DNA of 64,000 nt from Bdellovibrionales bacterium (GCA_041690295.1 JAWLHR010000007.1:32001-96000); one strand, 5' to 3'; positions 9,836-19,122 are shown, counted from the first letter of the stretch. Numbers and translations are program-made. Notes: generated by a model not told the origin, from the letters alone.

Positions 9836-10329
9836 AAAGCCACTTTGAATTTAATGGCGAAATCGTTGATGACGTTGCCGACGTAATCCTCGTCGAACCA
9901 CACCCAATACGTATTGTAGTCAAAACCCAACGAGAACTTCGGGGTGAGCGTCCACAGGAGGGCGATGCTCAGTCCCGGACCCATGGTGGTGCTGTCACCC
10001 GGGGTGGTTGTGACGGAATCAATACTGATCACGTTAAAGGATGGCGTGAAAGCCAGGTCCCATTTCTTCTTATAAAAGTGATGGGACAGCCCGCCGCCGA
10101 AAATCATGTAACCATTGGCGCCTTTGTCGTCGTCCTTCTGAAACATGCGAAAATGTCCAACAAGACCCGTGGAATTTTCAAACAAGTGTTCGTACGCCGC
10201 ACCCAAGGCGAACCCACCGCGGCTCATGCTACCAAGGACCATTACGCCGTCTCTGTTCGCGGTGGAATCCAATTGCGCCACGGCAGGAAAACAGAAGCTG
10301 AACGCGACAAATAGCAGAATACGTTTCAT
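9832..10329 (-). CDS. Small outer-membrane beta-barrel protein
   Basis: Signal peptide, amphipathic beta-strands, C-terminal KFKVAF beta-signal and GGAGG RBS. Confidence 0.75.
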   Translation of the reverse strand: MKRILLFVAFSFCFPAVAQLDSTANRDGVMVLGSMSRGGFALGAAYEHLFENSTGLVGHFRMFQKDDDKGANGYMIFGGGLSHHFYKKKWDLAFTPSFNVISIDSVTTTPGDSTTMGPGLSIALLWTLTPKFSLGFDYNTYWVWFDEDYVGNVINDFAIKFKVAF

Positions 10330-10462
10330 GAACCCTCCCCACTCTTCTTAGATAAGTGAAATTGTATCGGAATGACGAGGGTTTGCATCCGTTGACGAGA
10401 TGCAAAATTTGAGGGGAGTTTCCGCGCGGTGAAACTCCCGATCAATTACCGGAAATTGAACG

Positions 10463-10615
10463 TTACTGGTTTGTGCTGCGGGATGAATCGTTGTTGGTTG
10501 ATTGCTTTTCTTTCGTGGTGGACCCTCCACTGCTGCCACGGTTGCTTTGTCCGCTGGAAGTTCCACCCTGTGACCCCGTTCGATTTCCAGACTGGTTTTG
10601 GTTTTGAGTTGGCAT
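10463..10615 (-). CDS. 50-aa hydrophilic S/G/Q/N/T-rich small protein
   Basis: MPTQNQNQSGNRTGSQGGTSSG...; AAGGAG RBS immediately upstream, preceded by a sigma54 promoter. Confidence 0.65.
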   Translation of the reverse strand: MPTQNQNQSGNRTGSQGGTSSGQSNRGSSGGSTTKEKQSTNNDSSRSTNQ

Positions 10616-10643
10616 TATGGCTCCTTTCTTTGCCATGAAGAGG

Positions 10644-10659
10644 AGCAATGGATATGCCA
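10644..10659 (-). promoter_or_regulatory. sigma54 -24/-12 promoter
   Basis: TGGCATATCCATTGCT (GG-N10-GC). Confidence 0.75.
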
Positions 10660-10781
10660 CGGTTGAGACGAAGAAGTTTGAAGACCATTGGAAGGAGTGG
10701 GGAACCGAGCCCCAATGAAAATTTACTTGAGCTGTGCGTTGAATGGTGTTTCCCGCACAAGCGTTGTTCAATCATTACATT

Positions 10782-11381
10782 ATGGCCCTTTTATTTTTTA
10801 TTTTCACTTTCATCGCTAATGCGGCGGAAGTCGCCGATACGGAGAGCCCACGTCGGTCTTTCTGGTGGACGGAGATGCGCGCCGGCTACGTGTTGAGCAA
10901 TCCGGACGGTGCGGTCCACGATCATTGGCAACATGAGGTTTCCCACTCCCAGCAGGTGGCGGGCGGGCTCTTTAAGGATTTTTCGCTTCCCTGGCCGCAA
11001 CTGCGGATTTTTGTGGGTGGCGAATTGATTCATCTTTGGGCGAAAGAAACCTTGGGTGCGAGTTCACTGGATATAAAAATCACGCAAGTGAATGGAACGG
11101 GCGGCGTGACTTATCTTCCCTATTGGTGGCCCCGGTTGGGGATGAGTCTTAGGATCGCACTTCAAGCCTGGGGAATTAAAAAAACATCATTAACGACTCC
11201 CGGTTTCAGTGAGGATTTCCCGACGGAGGATCCGAATGAGGGACATATTGGAATTCTTGGCCCAGCCATCTTAGGTTTGACGGGCTTTTACCAGGTGAAT
11301 GATCAATGGCGGCCGTTTTTATATTGGGAAAATCGGCCCTTTGGTTCCGCACTCACGGCGGGGGCGCAGTATGTATTCTAA
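10782..11381 (+). CDS. Hypothetical exported, probable beta-barrel protein
   Basis: Signal peptide ending IANA and C-terminal AGAQYVF. ORF open from 10743. Confidence 0.6.
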   Translation: MALLFFIFTFIANAAEVADTESPRRSFWWTEMRAGYVLSNPDGAVHDHWQHEVSHSQQVAGGLFKDFSLPWPQLRIFVGGELIHLWAKETLGASSLDIKITQVNGTGGVTYLPYWWPRLGMSLRIALQAWGIKKTSLTTPGFSEDFPTEDPNEGHIGILGPAILGLTGFYQVNDQWRPFLYWENRPFGSALTAGAQYVF

Positions 11382-11757
11382 GGTCAAGGATTTGATCGCC
11401 GCTGTATTTCTGATCTTTACGGTGTTTTGCTTGTTGGCGACCTCTGCTCCGTTTGGTCAATTGCCAGTCAGTGGTTCGCACTGGATCATCTCGGATTGCG
11501 TGACTCCAGTGACCAAGACCGCGATCACGGTGGTGGATGGCTCCATAACGGAGCCGGTGGGCGTTTCGTTCATGGATTTCGGATTTCCGGCGGCGAAAAT
11601 CGACGCCACGGTGAGCGGCATCGTGAACGGAAAAAACCGCGAATGCCTGATCACCTACGGCGATGATGGTTCAGAGCACGACTTTTCAGACCATTGGCTT
11701 TATTCCTGCTTCGATAACGGTGACCACGTTTGCTCCATCTACATCAAGCCTCGTTGA
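11371..11757 (+). CDS. Hypothetical exported protein with LLATS motif and 4 mature-region Cys
   Basis: Hydrophobic N-terminus ending CLLATSAP; overlaps the upstream stop. Confidence 0.65.
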   Translation: MYSKVKDLIAAVFLIFTVFCLLATSAPFGQLPVSGSHWIISDCVTPVTKTAITVVDGSITEPVGVSFMDFGFPAAKIDATVSGIVNGKNRECLITYGDDGSEHDFSDHWLYSCFDNGDHVCSIYIKPR

Positions 11758-12172
11758 TTTGAGAGAGCGCGAAGCGGTAGGTGAGGGGATTAACCAGTAA
11801 CGCGATCAAATCGGTGGTATCCATCGTGTTCCGCGCGGGGATGCCCATGAACCGGTAGGCGGTTTCATAAAACAAATCCGCCTCGGGAACGGTGTTGATC
11901 AGCACAAAGATCACATCGGTGATAGCGATGGCCACCAGAATGTTCGTGCGGGTGATCCAGTTCGATTTCTTTGAAACCGTATTTCGGAGCAAAACATAAA
12001 CCGCGACCAGAAAAAGCGGGAAAAAGAACACTCCCGCGAAGTCACTGAGCTTTCCCGTCCACCATCCGGAAAACGCCGATTTCAAATAAACGTCGTTCAA
12101 GAACAATGTGATCACGGCCAGTGCCGGAACCGGATGAACGAAGAAGCCAATGCTGAGATAAGGGCGACGCAC
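11744..12172 (-). CDS. Uncharacterised multi-pass membrane protein (NDxxLK / TGKLSD / DxTDL motifs)
   Basis: About 4 TM segments carrying polar motifs LNDVYLK, WWTGKLSDFAG and MDTTDLIAL. Confidence 0.75.
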   Translation of the reverse strand: MRRPYLSIGFFVHPVPALAVITLFLNDVYLKSAFSGWWTGKLSDFAGVFFFPLFLVAVYVLLRNTVSKKSNWITRTNILVAIAITDVIFVLINTVPEADLFYETAYRFMGIPARNTMDTTDLIALLVNPLTYRFALSQINEA

Positions 12173-12177
12173 CCTTG

Positions 12178-12858
12178 TTACATACCAAACAGAAGCGAGA
12201 AGTAGTAGGTTTCGGCGACAAAGCGCAAGGCGCGGTCACCGAGAGTTTGGAGTTTCTTAGTCGTATAATAAGACTGCCGGGCGGCGAGTTTCACGCCGAA
12301 CGCGTCGGAGAACATGGCCTCCAAACCCGCTTCGCCGTAGTATCCGGAGCCCATCACCACATCTTTATTTTTATATTCCGAACCCTGGGCCGCCAGCACG
12401 TCCATTTTCGAGGAGTAACTGATCGTGTGATAGCCACCCAGTCCGCCGCCCTCAATATAGGGGCGGAACCAGTAGTCGTCGATCAGCTTGAGCTTCAGGC
12501 CCAAACCGAGATCCAAAACACTGGCGCGGAATTTCACATCCGTGGCGGTGTAGTTCTGGCTGTTCGCGAGATTCGTGTAGTTGTAATTGGCCAGGCCTTC
12601 CGCGGATAAATGGCTCAGAGTCAGCGTCAGATAAAGATTCAAAACGTTGAAACCGCGTTCAATCGCGGCGGCGGCGAAGATGCCGCGGTCCATTTCATAG
12701 TCATCCTTCGGGCTTTCAATGCGAAAGTCCGCGAAGCCCGCGCCCACGCTGCCTTGAAGTCCCGTGCGCCCGCCGGTGGGTAAGCGGGGAACTCCACCAA
12801 ACTGGGCTTGAGCGGAAAATGAAATGAAGGCGAATAGAATAACTAAAAGCGATCGCAT
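12178..12858 (-). CDS. Outer-membrane beta-barrel protein
   Basis: Signal peptide SAQA, FRPYIEGGGLG and alternating aromatic strands. Confidence 0.75.
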   Translation of the reverse strand: MRSLLVILFAFISFSAQAQFGGVPRLPTGGRTGLQGSVGAGFADFRIESPKDDYEMDRGIFAAAAIERGFNVLNLYLTLTLSHLSAEGLANYNYTNLANSQNYTATDVKFRASVLDLGLGLKLKLIDDYWFRPYIEGGGLGGYHTISYSSKMDVLAAQGSEYKNKDVVMGSGYYGEAGLEAMFSDAFGVKLAARQSYYTTKKLQTLGDRALRFVAETYYFSLLFGM

Positions 12859-12928
12859 GCCTTCTGATCGGGTTTTAAATAAATCTTATGAAGACCAGAA
12901 TCAGCCGCGCCTCTGCTTTGGCCCAGCT

Positions 12929-13741
12929 TTATAAGTCCGCTTTGAATTCGTACTCGATTTTTATGTCTTCGGTCTGGCGGGACGGCGGCTGGTTCACCAG
13001 GGGCATGCTTCTTTTGATCGCCGTATTGTTATAGCTAATCCCCCAACCCGCGCCGAGGGGGATTCGCACCTCATGATTCGAGTAAATGTCATGATCGGCG
13101 ATCCGGTTCATGGCGGGTTCAAATCGCAGGCTGAACTTGTAATCGATGAAGTTGAACAGTTTTGACAATTCGAAGGTGGTTCGGGTGAAAACCGTATCCT
13201 TGTCCTCGGTGACTTGGGAACTCTCGTTCGGTTTGCGCTGAGAGATCACTTGCACGTGTTTGGCGGGGCCGATGTAAAACGTCAGCTTGAATCTGGGTTG
13301 ATCGACCAAGGTGAAATTCGGTCCGATCCCGTAGGTGTCGCTGCTTTGGCTTAAAGACTCAACCGAGCCATCATCGTTTTGCTTGCGCAAGTAGGACTGA
13401 TGCCCGAAGTAAGCCACTTGTAAGGCGATCCGCTTGGACCAGAGGTCGTACTCATAACTCAATTCCTGATTGGACTCGCCCTCTTTTTGTTGCTCCAGAT
13501 AGGTGTCCTTCAAGTTGGCCTTGCCATGGGCCGTGGATTTTCCGAATTCAAATTTGAGCTCCGTGTCACCCGCGAAGGTCGATGTGGTGCGGGTTTCGCG
13601 GATGCGATTGGCCGAAACACCGACTCGCCCGTTGAAGTGCTTTTTTGTTTCCTTACTTGTGGTGGAGCTTTCTTCGGTCTGCGCCCAAGTGGAATTCAGG
13701 GAGAATAAACTGATTAAAACGCCATAGATGAGCATTCGCAT
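12929..13741 (-). CDS. Hypothetical exported beta-barrel-like protein (DUF481-like)
   Basis: Signal peptide, beta-strand pattern and C-terminal IKIEYEF. Confidence 0.55.
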   Translation of the reverse strand: MRMLIYGVLISLFSLNSTWAQTEESSTTSKETKKHFNGRVGVSANRIRETRTTSTFAGDTELKFEFGKSTAHGKANLKDTYLEQQKEGESNQELSYEYDLWSKRIALQVAYFGHQSYLRKQNDDGSVESLSQSSDTYGIGPNFTLVDQPRFKLTFYIGPAKHVQVISQRKPNESSQVTEDKDTVFTRTTFELSKLFNFIDYKFSLRFEPAMNRIADHDIYSNHEVRIPLGAGWGISYNNTAIKRSMPLVNQPPSRQTEDIKIEYEFKADL

Positions 13742-13887
13742 TTCGGCGGCATACTAGCGACAGACCGAGCTGATGGAAACCATTTTGAATCAGATTCGAT
13801 AAATTTCAGGCGGCACGGCGCACGGCGTACCCAGACCTTGGGCCTGGATTTATTGAGGTGCAAGGGGAATTGGGGAACACTGAATAT

Positions 13888-15831
13888 ATGTATATGTCAG
13901 TTTCGTGGATGATGCTCATTCTGACAGCCTTGATCGTTTCACCGTATTCCAGCGCGCAAACCCAAGGTGGATATTGCCTGTTTTGCCAGTTTTCCAAGAC
14001 TATAGCGAACTTTGATCCCGGCAAAGCGGACATGTGCGAGGACTTGTACGGGGCCGTTTGTCTCGATGAAAAGGGCGAGCCAAAGCACAAGGGAACGCTC
14101 AGAGGATTTAATAAAATTTTAAATTCCGATGTGGATCGCGCTCGCGATGCCACGGCCAAGGCCATGGGGTTCGAAAGCTTCGATGCCGCTTTGAAAGAGA
14201 AATTTAAGAGCGCGGGGCTGGAATTGGCCGAGCCGATCGATGAGAAGGCGTTCGCCGAGTTGAAGAGGGGAAATCAGGAACGGCTCCGGGATTCGCCAGC
14301 GGGAAAGTTATTCGCCGGACCGAATCAATGTCACAAACGCGTCTCGGAAATCATGGCAAAGGCCGAAAAAGAAAAGAAACAGAAAAATCTTAAAGCGGCC
14401 TTGGCGGAGCTGGCGAAAATCAAATCCCAATACACGCCCGAATTGGTGAAACTTTACGCCAAAGATATACCCCTCTTTATAGCGGAACACCTGGGCCCGG
14501 GTTGTGAGTCCGTGGCGGACAGTCCGGAGCCGGAAAAGAAGGGAAAAAAAGGAAAACAGCGCCAAACTTATAATTTGGCCGCGTGCGCGCGATTGGCGCA
14601 GATTCGCCGGCAGGCGATTGATCTCTTCCGCCAGGAAGGCACGAAAGATTATCAGGCCAAGGCCGAAGCGTTCGTGCGCGAGAACATGCTTCCGGTCGAC
14701 GTCATATCGGACTTGGATGAACCGCTTCCGCCCACGATGGTGGCCGGAATCGGCATCTCGCGTCCCCGTCGCGGCGATAAGAACTCTCAACTGAGGATGC
14801 AAATTGAAGAAGCGGCGGAACTCGCGGAAAAAACCTGCGGACAATATTCCAGCGTGGCCGCCATGGTTGGGGATAAGATTTATTCCGATTTCGCGGGCCA
14901 AGTCAGCAAAGCCAAGCCCACCGTCGACGCGCTCATTGACTCCTTCTACTCCGAGCAAAATAAAGCCAATGCCGAATTGATTTTTCGCGAAACCCGGGCC
15001 GAGATCCAATCGATTGTCGATCAGTTCGTAAAAGATCCGAAAAAGAACAGCCGTATTCAGAACGGTTACAAGGAGTTGAAGTTTAACTGGCCGGAAAAAC
15101 CGCCCGAATCGTATTACACCAACAACGATCAAGGCATTCCCAGTCTCGACAGCAAAAAGTTTCCTCCCATGGCCGGGTTTCAGGCGGACCTCCTCTCAGC
15201 GCTGCATGATCCGAAGCTGAGCTTCTTCAAAACTTTGAACGCCAACTACACTCCCAGCCGGGTTATCGGCTCGGCCAAGGCGCCCGAAAGCGTGACGATG
15301 ATGCCGGCCTTTGTGCGTGCCATGGAACAGAATCCTCTGATCTTTACCGAAGTTCTGGCTCATGAAACTGGGCACAAGATCGGCCCCGAGATCAGCCGTA
15401 TGAATGGCTATGACCTGACCGCGGAATGGAAACAACTTTTGGACTGCTACAAAGAGAGAAATTCCATCCGCATGCAACCGGATCAAGAAGATGAAGTGAT
15501 CGCCGATTATATCTCCTCGGAAGTCATTGCCCGCCAGCTCGCCCGGTTGCCGGAGAATCAACGTCGCGCGGCCCTGATGGCCTCGATGGAAGGGTATTGC
15601 GTTTTGGATAGTGAAAACTACGAAACCCACACGGTGAATTGCAAGGGTGAACACCCGGAAGACTCATTGCGGGTGGCCGGAATCTTCGGCGCCAATCCCA
15701 ATATACGGGAAGTCATTGGCTGCAAAACCGAGTCCTCGAAATTCAAGTCCTGCGGACTCGGCATTCCGCTCGAAATCTCCGGCCCGAACAAGAGTTCCGA
15801 TCCGGTTCCGACGTCGCGAGGTGTGAAATGA
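13888..15831 (+). CDS. Divergent M13 (neprilysin-like) zinc metallopeptidase, exported
   Basis: DMCEDLYGAVC, NANY, AHETGH, EVIAD and HPEDSLRV occur in M13 order. ORF open from 13858. Confidence 0.7.
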   Translation: MYMSVSWMMLILTALIVSPYSSAQTQGGYCLFCQFSKTIANFDPGKADMCEDLYGAVCLDEKGEPKHKGTLRGFNKILNSDVDRARDATAKAMGFESFDAALKEKFKSAGLELAEPIDEKAFAELKRGNQERLRDSPAGKLFAGPNQCHKRVSEIMAKAEKEKKQKNLKAALAELAKIKSQYTPELVKLYAKDIPLFIAEHLGPGCESVADSPEPEKKGKKGKQRQTYNLAACARLAQIRRQAIDLFRQEGTKDYQAKAEAFVRENMLPVDVISDLDEPLPPTMVAGIGISRPRRGDKNSQLRMQIEEAAELAEKTCGQYSSVAAMVGDKIYSDFAGQVSKAKPTVDALIDSFYSEQNKANAELIFRETRAEIQSIVDQFVKDPKKNSRIQNGYKELKFNWPEKPPESYYTNNDQGIPSLDSKKFPPMAGFQADLLSALHDPKLSFFKTLNANYTPSRVIGSAKAPESVTMMPAFVRAMEQNPLIFTEVLAHETGHKIGPEISRMNGYDLTAEWKQLLDCYKERNSIRMQPDQEDEVIADYISSEVIARQLARLPENQRRAALMASMEGYCVLDSENYETHTVNCKGEHPEDSLRVAGIFGANPNIREVIGCKTESSKFKSCGLGIPLEISGPNKSSDPVPTSRGVK

Positions 15832-16208
15832 GACTCCTGATTTTGATGTTGTTCAGCGGCGGTTTCGCCTTTGCCAAAGGAAAAAATCTGGTTGAGATCA
15901 CTTATAAGGATCGGCTTAAAACCCACCGGTATGTGCTTTTGGATCAATCCGGAAAATACGCCTTGAATTTCCAATCCGCGCCCAAAGTGAAAAAATCTAA
16001 AGAAATGACCCGCCTTCAGGCGGCGCGCCTGCAAACCGAAGCTTTGCGGATCATCTGGAAATCCAAAATGGTGCGAAACCCCTCCCGATGCACCAAATAC
16101 GTTCACATACGCCTACCCGAGGAGCAGGCGGACATTTGCGTCGAGAACGCCGAAACCACCGGCCTCAGCTTCGCGCTTTTGAACGAGCTTCATAGTTTGG
16201 TTCATTGA
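15828..16208 (+). CDS. Hypothetical basic exported protein
   Basis: Signal peptide AFA; ATGA-coupled to the peptidase gene. Confidence 0.65.
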   Translation: MRLLILMLFSGGFAFAKGKNLVEITYKDRLKTHRYVLLDQSGKYALNFQSAPKVKKSKEMTRLQAARLQTEALRIIWKSKMVRNPSRCTKYVHIRLPEEQADICVENAETTGLSFALLNELHSLVH

Positions 16209-16294
16209 TGGGAGCGTGAACCGTGCCCGGGCACAGCTTTGGTGTCCGGGGTCATCAAGCTCCGGAATATAAGCCATTTTGCCCGCTAAAAATT

Positions 16295-16381
16295 TGGTGG
16301 CTCGGGAGAGACTCGAACTCTCACATCCTTGCGGATACTGGATTTTGAGTCCAGCGCGTCTACCAATTCCACCACCGAGCC
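16295..16381 (-). tRNA. tRNA-Leu(CAA)
   Basis: GGCTCGG/CCGAGCC acceptor stem, anticodon arm CTGGA-CTCAAAA-TCCAG, long variable arm, GTTCGAG T-loop and encoded CCA. Confidence 0.97.
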
Positions 16382-16595
16382 AAGGTGAAGCTTCAATATA
16401 TAGGAAACGCAGAACGACTTTATTAACCTCTGGGCGGTTTCCGCTCAAGCATTTCCTTTTTTCATCTCTGTCCGAGAGTTCGCCAGGGTCATTTTGCTTA
16501 TGGCGAATTCACGGGTGCGCCCAGAGGGCCGAAAAATCTAAAAAAGATGTGTGGATATAGCTACTTAGGTAATAGGGTCCAAAATGACCCCACTG

Positions 16596-16611
16596 CGGCA
16601 CATGGCTTGCT
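16596..16611 (+). promoter_or_regulatory. sigma54 -24/-12 promoter
   Basis: CGGCACATGGCTTGCT about 55 nt before the ATG at 16666. Confidence 0.7.
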
Positions 16612-16665
16612 CAAAGCGTAACCGCGTAACGAAGGATCGTTAACTCTTATACAGAGGGGTCGAAC

Positions 16666-17814
16666 ATGAAGTTCAAAACTGTGATCGCGATATTAGCGAC
16701 CATATCATTGGCTCAAACTGTTCAAGCCAATGCCAACGGAAACGGCACTTTACGCCGAATCGTGGCTCAAAACGAACAGCCCGCATATGGTGCGGTGGAA
16801 ACTCAGGTGATCGTCACTCAGCAGCCGGCGCAGGTCGTGGAAGCCACGCCCGTACAGCAGCAGCCCGCCACAGTGGTGGAAGCGGCTCCGGTGCTTGAGT
16901 CCAAGGCCGAGGCGATGCGTAAGGCTCGTCAAAACGCCGAAATTCAGACGGAACAAATGATTGTCGAGAAGCTCGAAGAAGCCCGCTTGCGCGAAGAGCA
17001 AGAGCGTGCTCAGCGCTTGTTCGGCAATAAGTTTGAATCTCCGGCTCAACAACAGCCGCAACAGCAGGTTGTCACACCCGCTCCGGTGCAAACGGTGGTC
17101 GTGCCTGAAGAAAAGCCGGCTCCGGCCCAGGTGACGATTGAAAAAGTGGAAATCGTGCAGCCGCAACCGGCTCCGGTCGTCGCCGAAGAGGAAGCGCCGA
17201 AGAGCAAGCTTTCGGCCAAGAGCTTGATCGATGAAGAGGAAGAAGAGAGCTTCTCTCAACGCTGGTACATCAGCGGAACTCTGGGTGGCTTGAACTATGA
17301 CGCTTCGAACGTGAAGACCAATATGGGTGGTGGTTTCGCCATCGGCGTGTTGGTGAATGAGCGTACCGCCGTTGAAGGTTCGTTCATCTACTCGAACCAC
17401 TACATCGATACATTCTGGAATCCCGGAATCTATCGTGAATTGGATCAGTACGACATCGGTTTGAACGCGAAGTACTACATTCTCACGCAGCGGGTTCGTC
17501 CGTACATCGGCGCTGGTATGTCCTACATTTCACGTCAGTACCACAGCCGGCTCGTGCCCAACTCGATCATCTTCAACACCGCGGCTCCGAGCAGTGAAGA
17601 AACCGAAGCGATCAACTTGAACCTGATGGCGGGTGCGGATTTCATTGTCAGCGACACGATCTCCATCGGTGCGGGTATCGACTACAGCACCAACGTGATG
17701 AACCGCAATGAATTCGACTTCTCCAACTACTACACAACTCTGCCGGAGAACACCAAGGCGTTGGAAGAAATCGACTTCTACATGCTCAAAGTCACCGCCA
17801 AGATGACCTTCTAA
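16666..17814 (+). CDS. Outer-membrane beta-barrel protein with long Q/P/V-rich and coiled-coil N-terminal region
   Basis: Signal peptide, C-terminal barrel (RPYIGAG, TAKMTF) and GAGGGG RBS. Confidence 0.8.
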   Translation: MKFKTVIAILATISLAQTVQANANGNGTLRRIVAQNEQPAYGAVETQVIVTQQPAQVVEATPVQQQPATVVEAAPVLESKAEAMRKARQNAEIQTEQMIVEKLEEARLREEQERAQRLFGNKFESPAQQQPQQQVVTPAPVQTVVVPEEKPAPAQVTIEKVEIVQPQPAPVVAEEEAPKSKLSAKSLIDEEEEESFSQRWYISGTLGGLNYDASNVKTNMGGGFAIGVLVNERTAVEGSFIYSNHYIDTFWNPGIYRELDQYDIGLNAKYYILTQRVRPYIGAGMSYISRQYHSRLVPNSIIFNTAAPSSEETEAINLNLMAGADFIVSDTISIGAGIDYSTNVMNRNEFDFSNYYTTLPENTKALEEIDFYMLKVTAKMTF

Positions 17815-17916
17815 TTAAAATTGGAACTGGACGATCGCGGCCGCAAGGCCGCGGTCGAAAGGCATAAACTCTCCCTCTAGCGGCGGCGTGCTCCGCGGCA
17901 AGGGAATTCCCTCTGT

Positions 17917-17952
17917 AGTCCGGGCCTTCGACATAGGGCCCGGATTTTTTTT
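17917..17952 (+). terminator. Intrinsic terminator
   Basis: GTCCGGGCC/GGCCCGGAT stem followed by a T run. Confidence 0.8.
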
Positions 17953-17988
17953 GCGCCTTACCCGGCCTCTTCTGATAGAATCAAAGCC

Positions 17989-18615
17989 ATGCATTGGGCG
18001 TCCCTTTGGCTTCCGTGTTTTCTTCCCATCATTGCCGGAGCCGAGATCATTTCGGCGGGAGTGGGAATGGTGAAGGGTGAGGTGATCACCAGCCGCCAGG
18101 TGCAAATCCAGAATCTGCTCGAATTGGCCCTTGAGAAAAAATCAGCGGATATGAAGATTCTGCCCCTGGATTCCAAGGCCTTCGCCAAAGTGGTTCAGGA
18201 CACGCTCCTTGAGGCGGCCATCGCCTTGGAAGCGCGCAACTTCAATGTGGTGCAAGTCCCCGATGAGGATCTGGCCCGGCTGGAAAAGCGGGTGATGCCG
18301 CTGCTGAAAAAATCGGCGGCCTGGAGCAAGTTGCAAGTGACCCCCCAGGAGCTGCGGTCGGGGCTTGCACAAAAGATGCAGGCGAAGAAATTCGTGGAGT
18401 TTCGGTCGAAATCCTCGGTTTTGCCCATAACGGATGCCGAGGCTCAAAAATATTTCAATGAAAATCGCTTGAAATTCGGTGACCTTCCGTACGAAAACTT
18501 CAAGGAAAATATAAAGGCCTACTTGAGCCGCACTCAGGTTGAGAGGCGACTCAAGGACTGGTATGAAGTTTTGTTGAACAAGTACCAGGTCAAAAACCTC
18601 ATTGCGGAGATTTGA
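17989..18615 (+). CDS. Exported SurA-N-like hypothetical protein
   Basis: Signal peptide; helical protein with VKGEVITSR, ITDAEAQKYF and ERRLKDW motifs. Confidence 0.6.
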   Translation: MHWASLWLPCFLPIIAGAEIISAGVGMVKGEVITSRQVQIQNLLELALEKKSADMKILPLDSKAFAKVVQDTLLEAAIALEARNFNVVQVPDEDLARLEKRVMPLLKKSAAWSKLQVTPQELRSGLAQKMQAKKFVEFRSKSSVLPITDAEAQKYFNENRLKFGDLPYENFKENIKAYLSRTQVERRLKDWYEVLLNKYQVKNLIAEI

Positions 18616-19075
18616 CACTTTGATCGAGGATTCAGGCGAAATTGAAGTCTTGACCCTGAGGCATTTGCCCCAGTTGGTGAGCCTCATGGAGTCGGTCTAC
18701 GACAAGGCCGAGAATCCCGTTGGCGGAATTTGGACCCGGGATCTCCTCAAGCAGGAGTTGGAAATCGGGCAAGGCGTGGGGTTGGTCGAGGAGCGCTTCG
18801 GCCTGGCCGCGTTCATTCTCTTTCGGCTTTATGAACAGCACCGGGAAATCACGGTACTGGCGACCCATCCGGAGCGTCAAAGACGGGGAAATATGCGATA
18901 TCTCTTGTCCTACATGCTCGAGCGCAAATCACCCAATGAGCGCATCTGGCTCGAGGTTCATGCTCAAAACCAACCCGCCTTGAACCTCTACGAACAACTG
19001 GGTTTCCAGCAGGTGGGACGTCGTCCGAAGTATTATCGCGATGGCGGCGACGCCATTCTGTTCACTCTCGGATAA
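18602..19075 (+). CDS. RimI-like GNAT acetyltransferase
   Basis: LATHPERQRRG, LEVHAQNQPALNLYEQLGF and RPKYY motifs. Confidence 0.85.
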   Translation: MRRFDTLIEDSGEIEVLTLRHLPQLVSLMESVYDKAENPVGGIWTRDLLKQELEIGQGVGLVEERFGLAAFILFRLYEQHREITVLATHPERQRRGNMRYLLSYMLERKSPNERIWLEVHAQNQPALNLYEQLGFQQVGRRPKYYRDGGDAILFTLG

Positions 19076-19122
19076 GGGCTTGCCAGAGCGCCCTAAATGC
19101 TGATATTTACTCATTTTCAACT

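Noticed and set aside
10364..10390. Second sigma28 promoter (TCCGATAC) before the 9832-10329 OMP
   Set aside because: The -10 matches, but there is no TAAA-like -35 at 15-nt spacing.
16211..16263. Hairpin with 12-bp palindrome GTGCCCGGGCAC next to the tRNA
   Set aside because: Most simply a terminator-type structure between convergent genes; it is not an att duplicate.
16295..16381. Prophage or integrative element at tRNA-Leu
   Set aside because: No integrase, phage genes or repeated tRNA 3' end were seen in the window.
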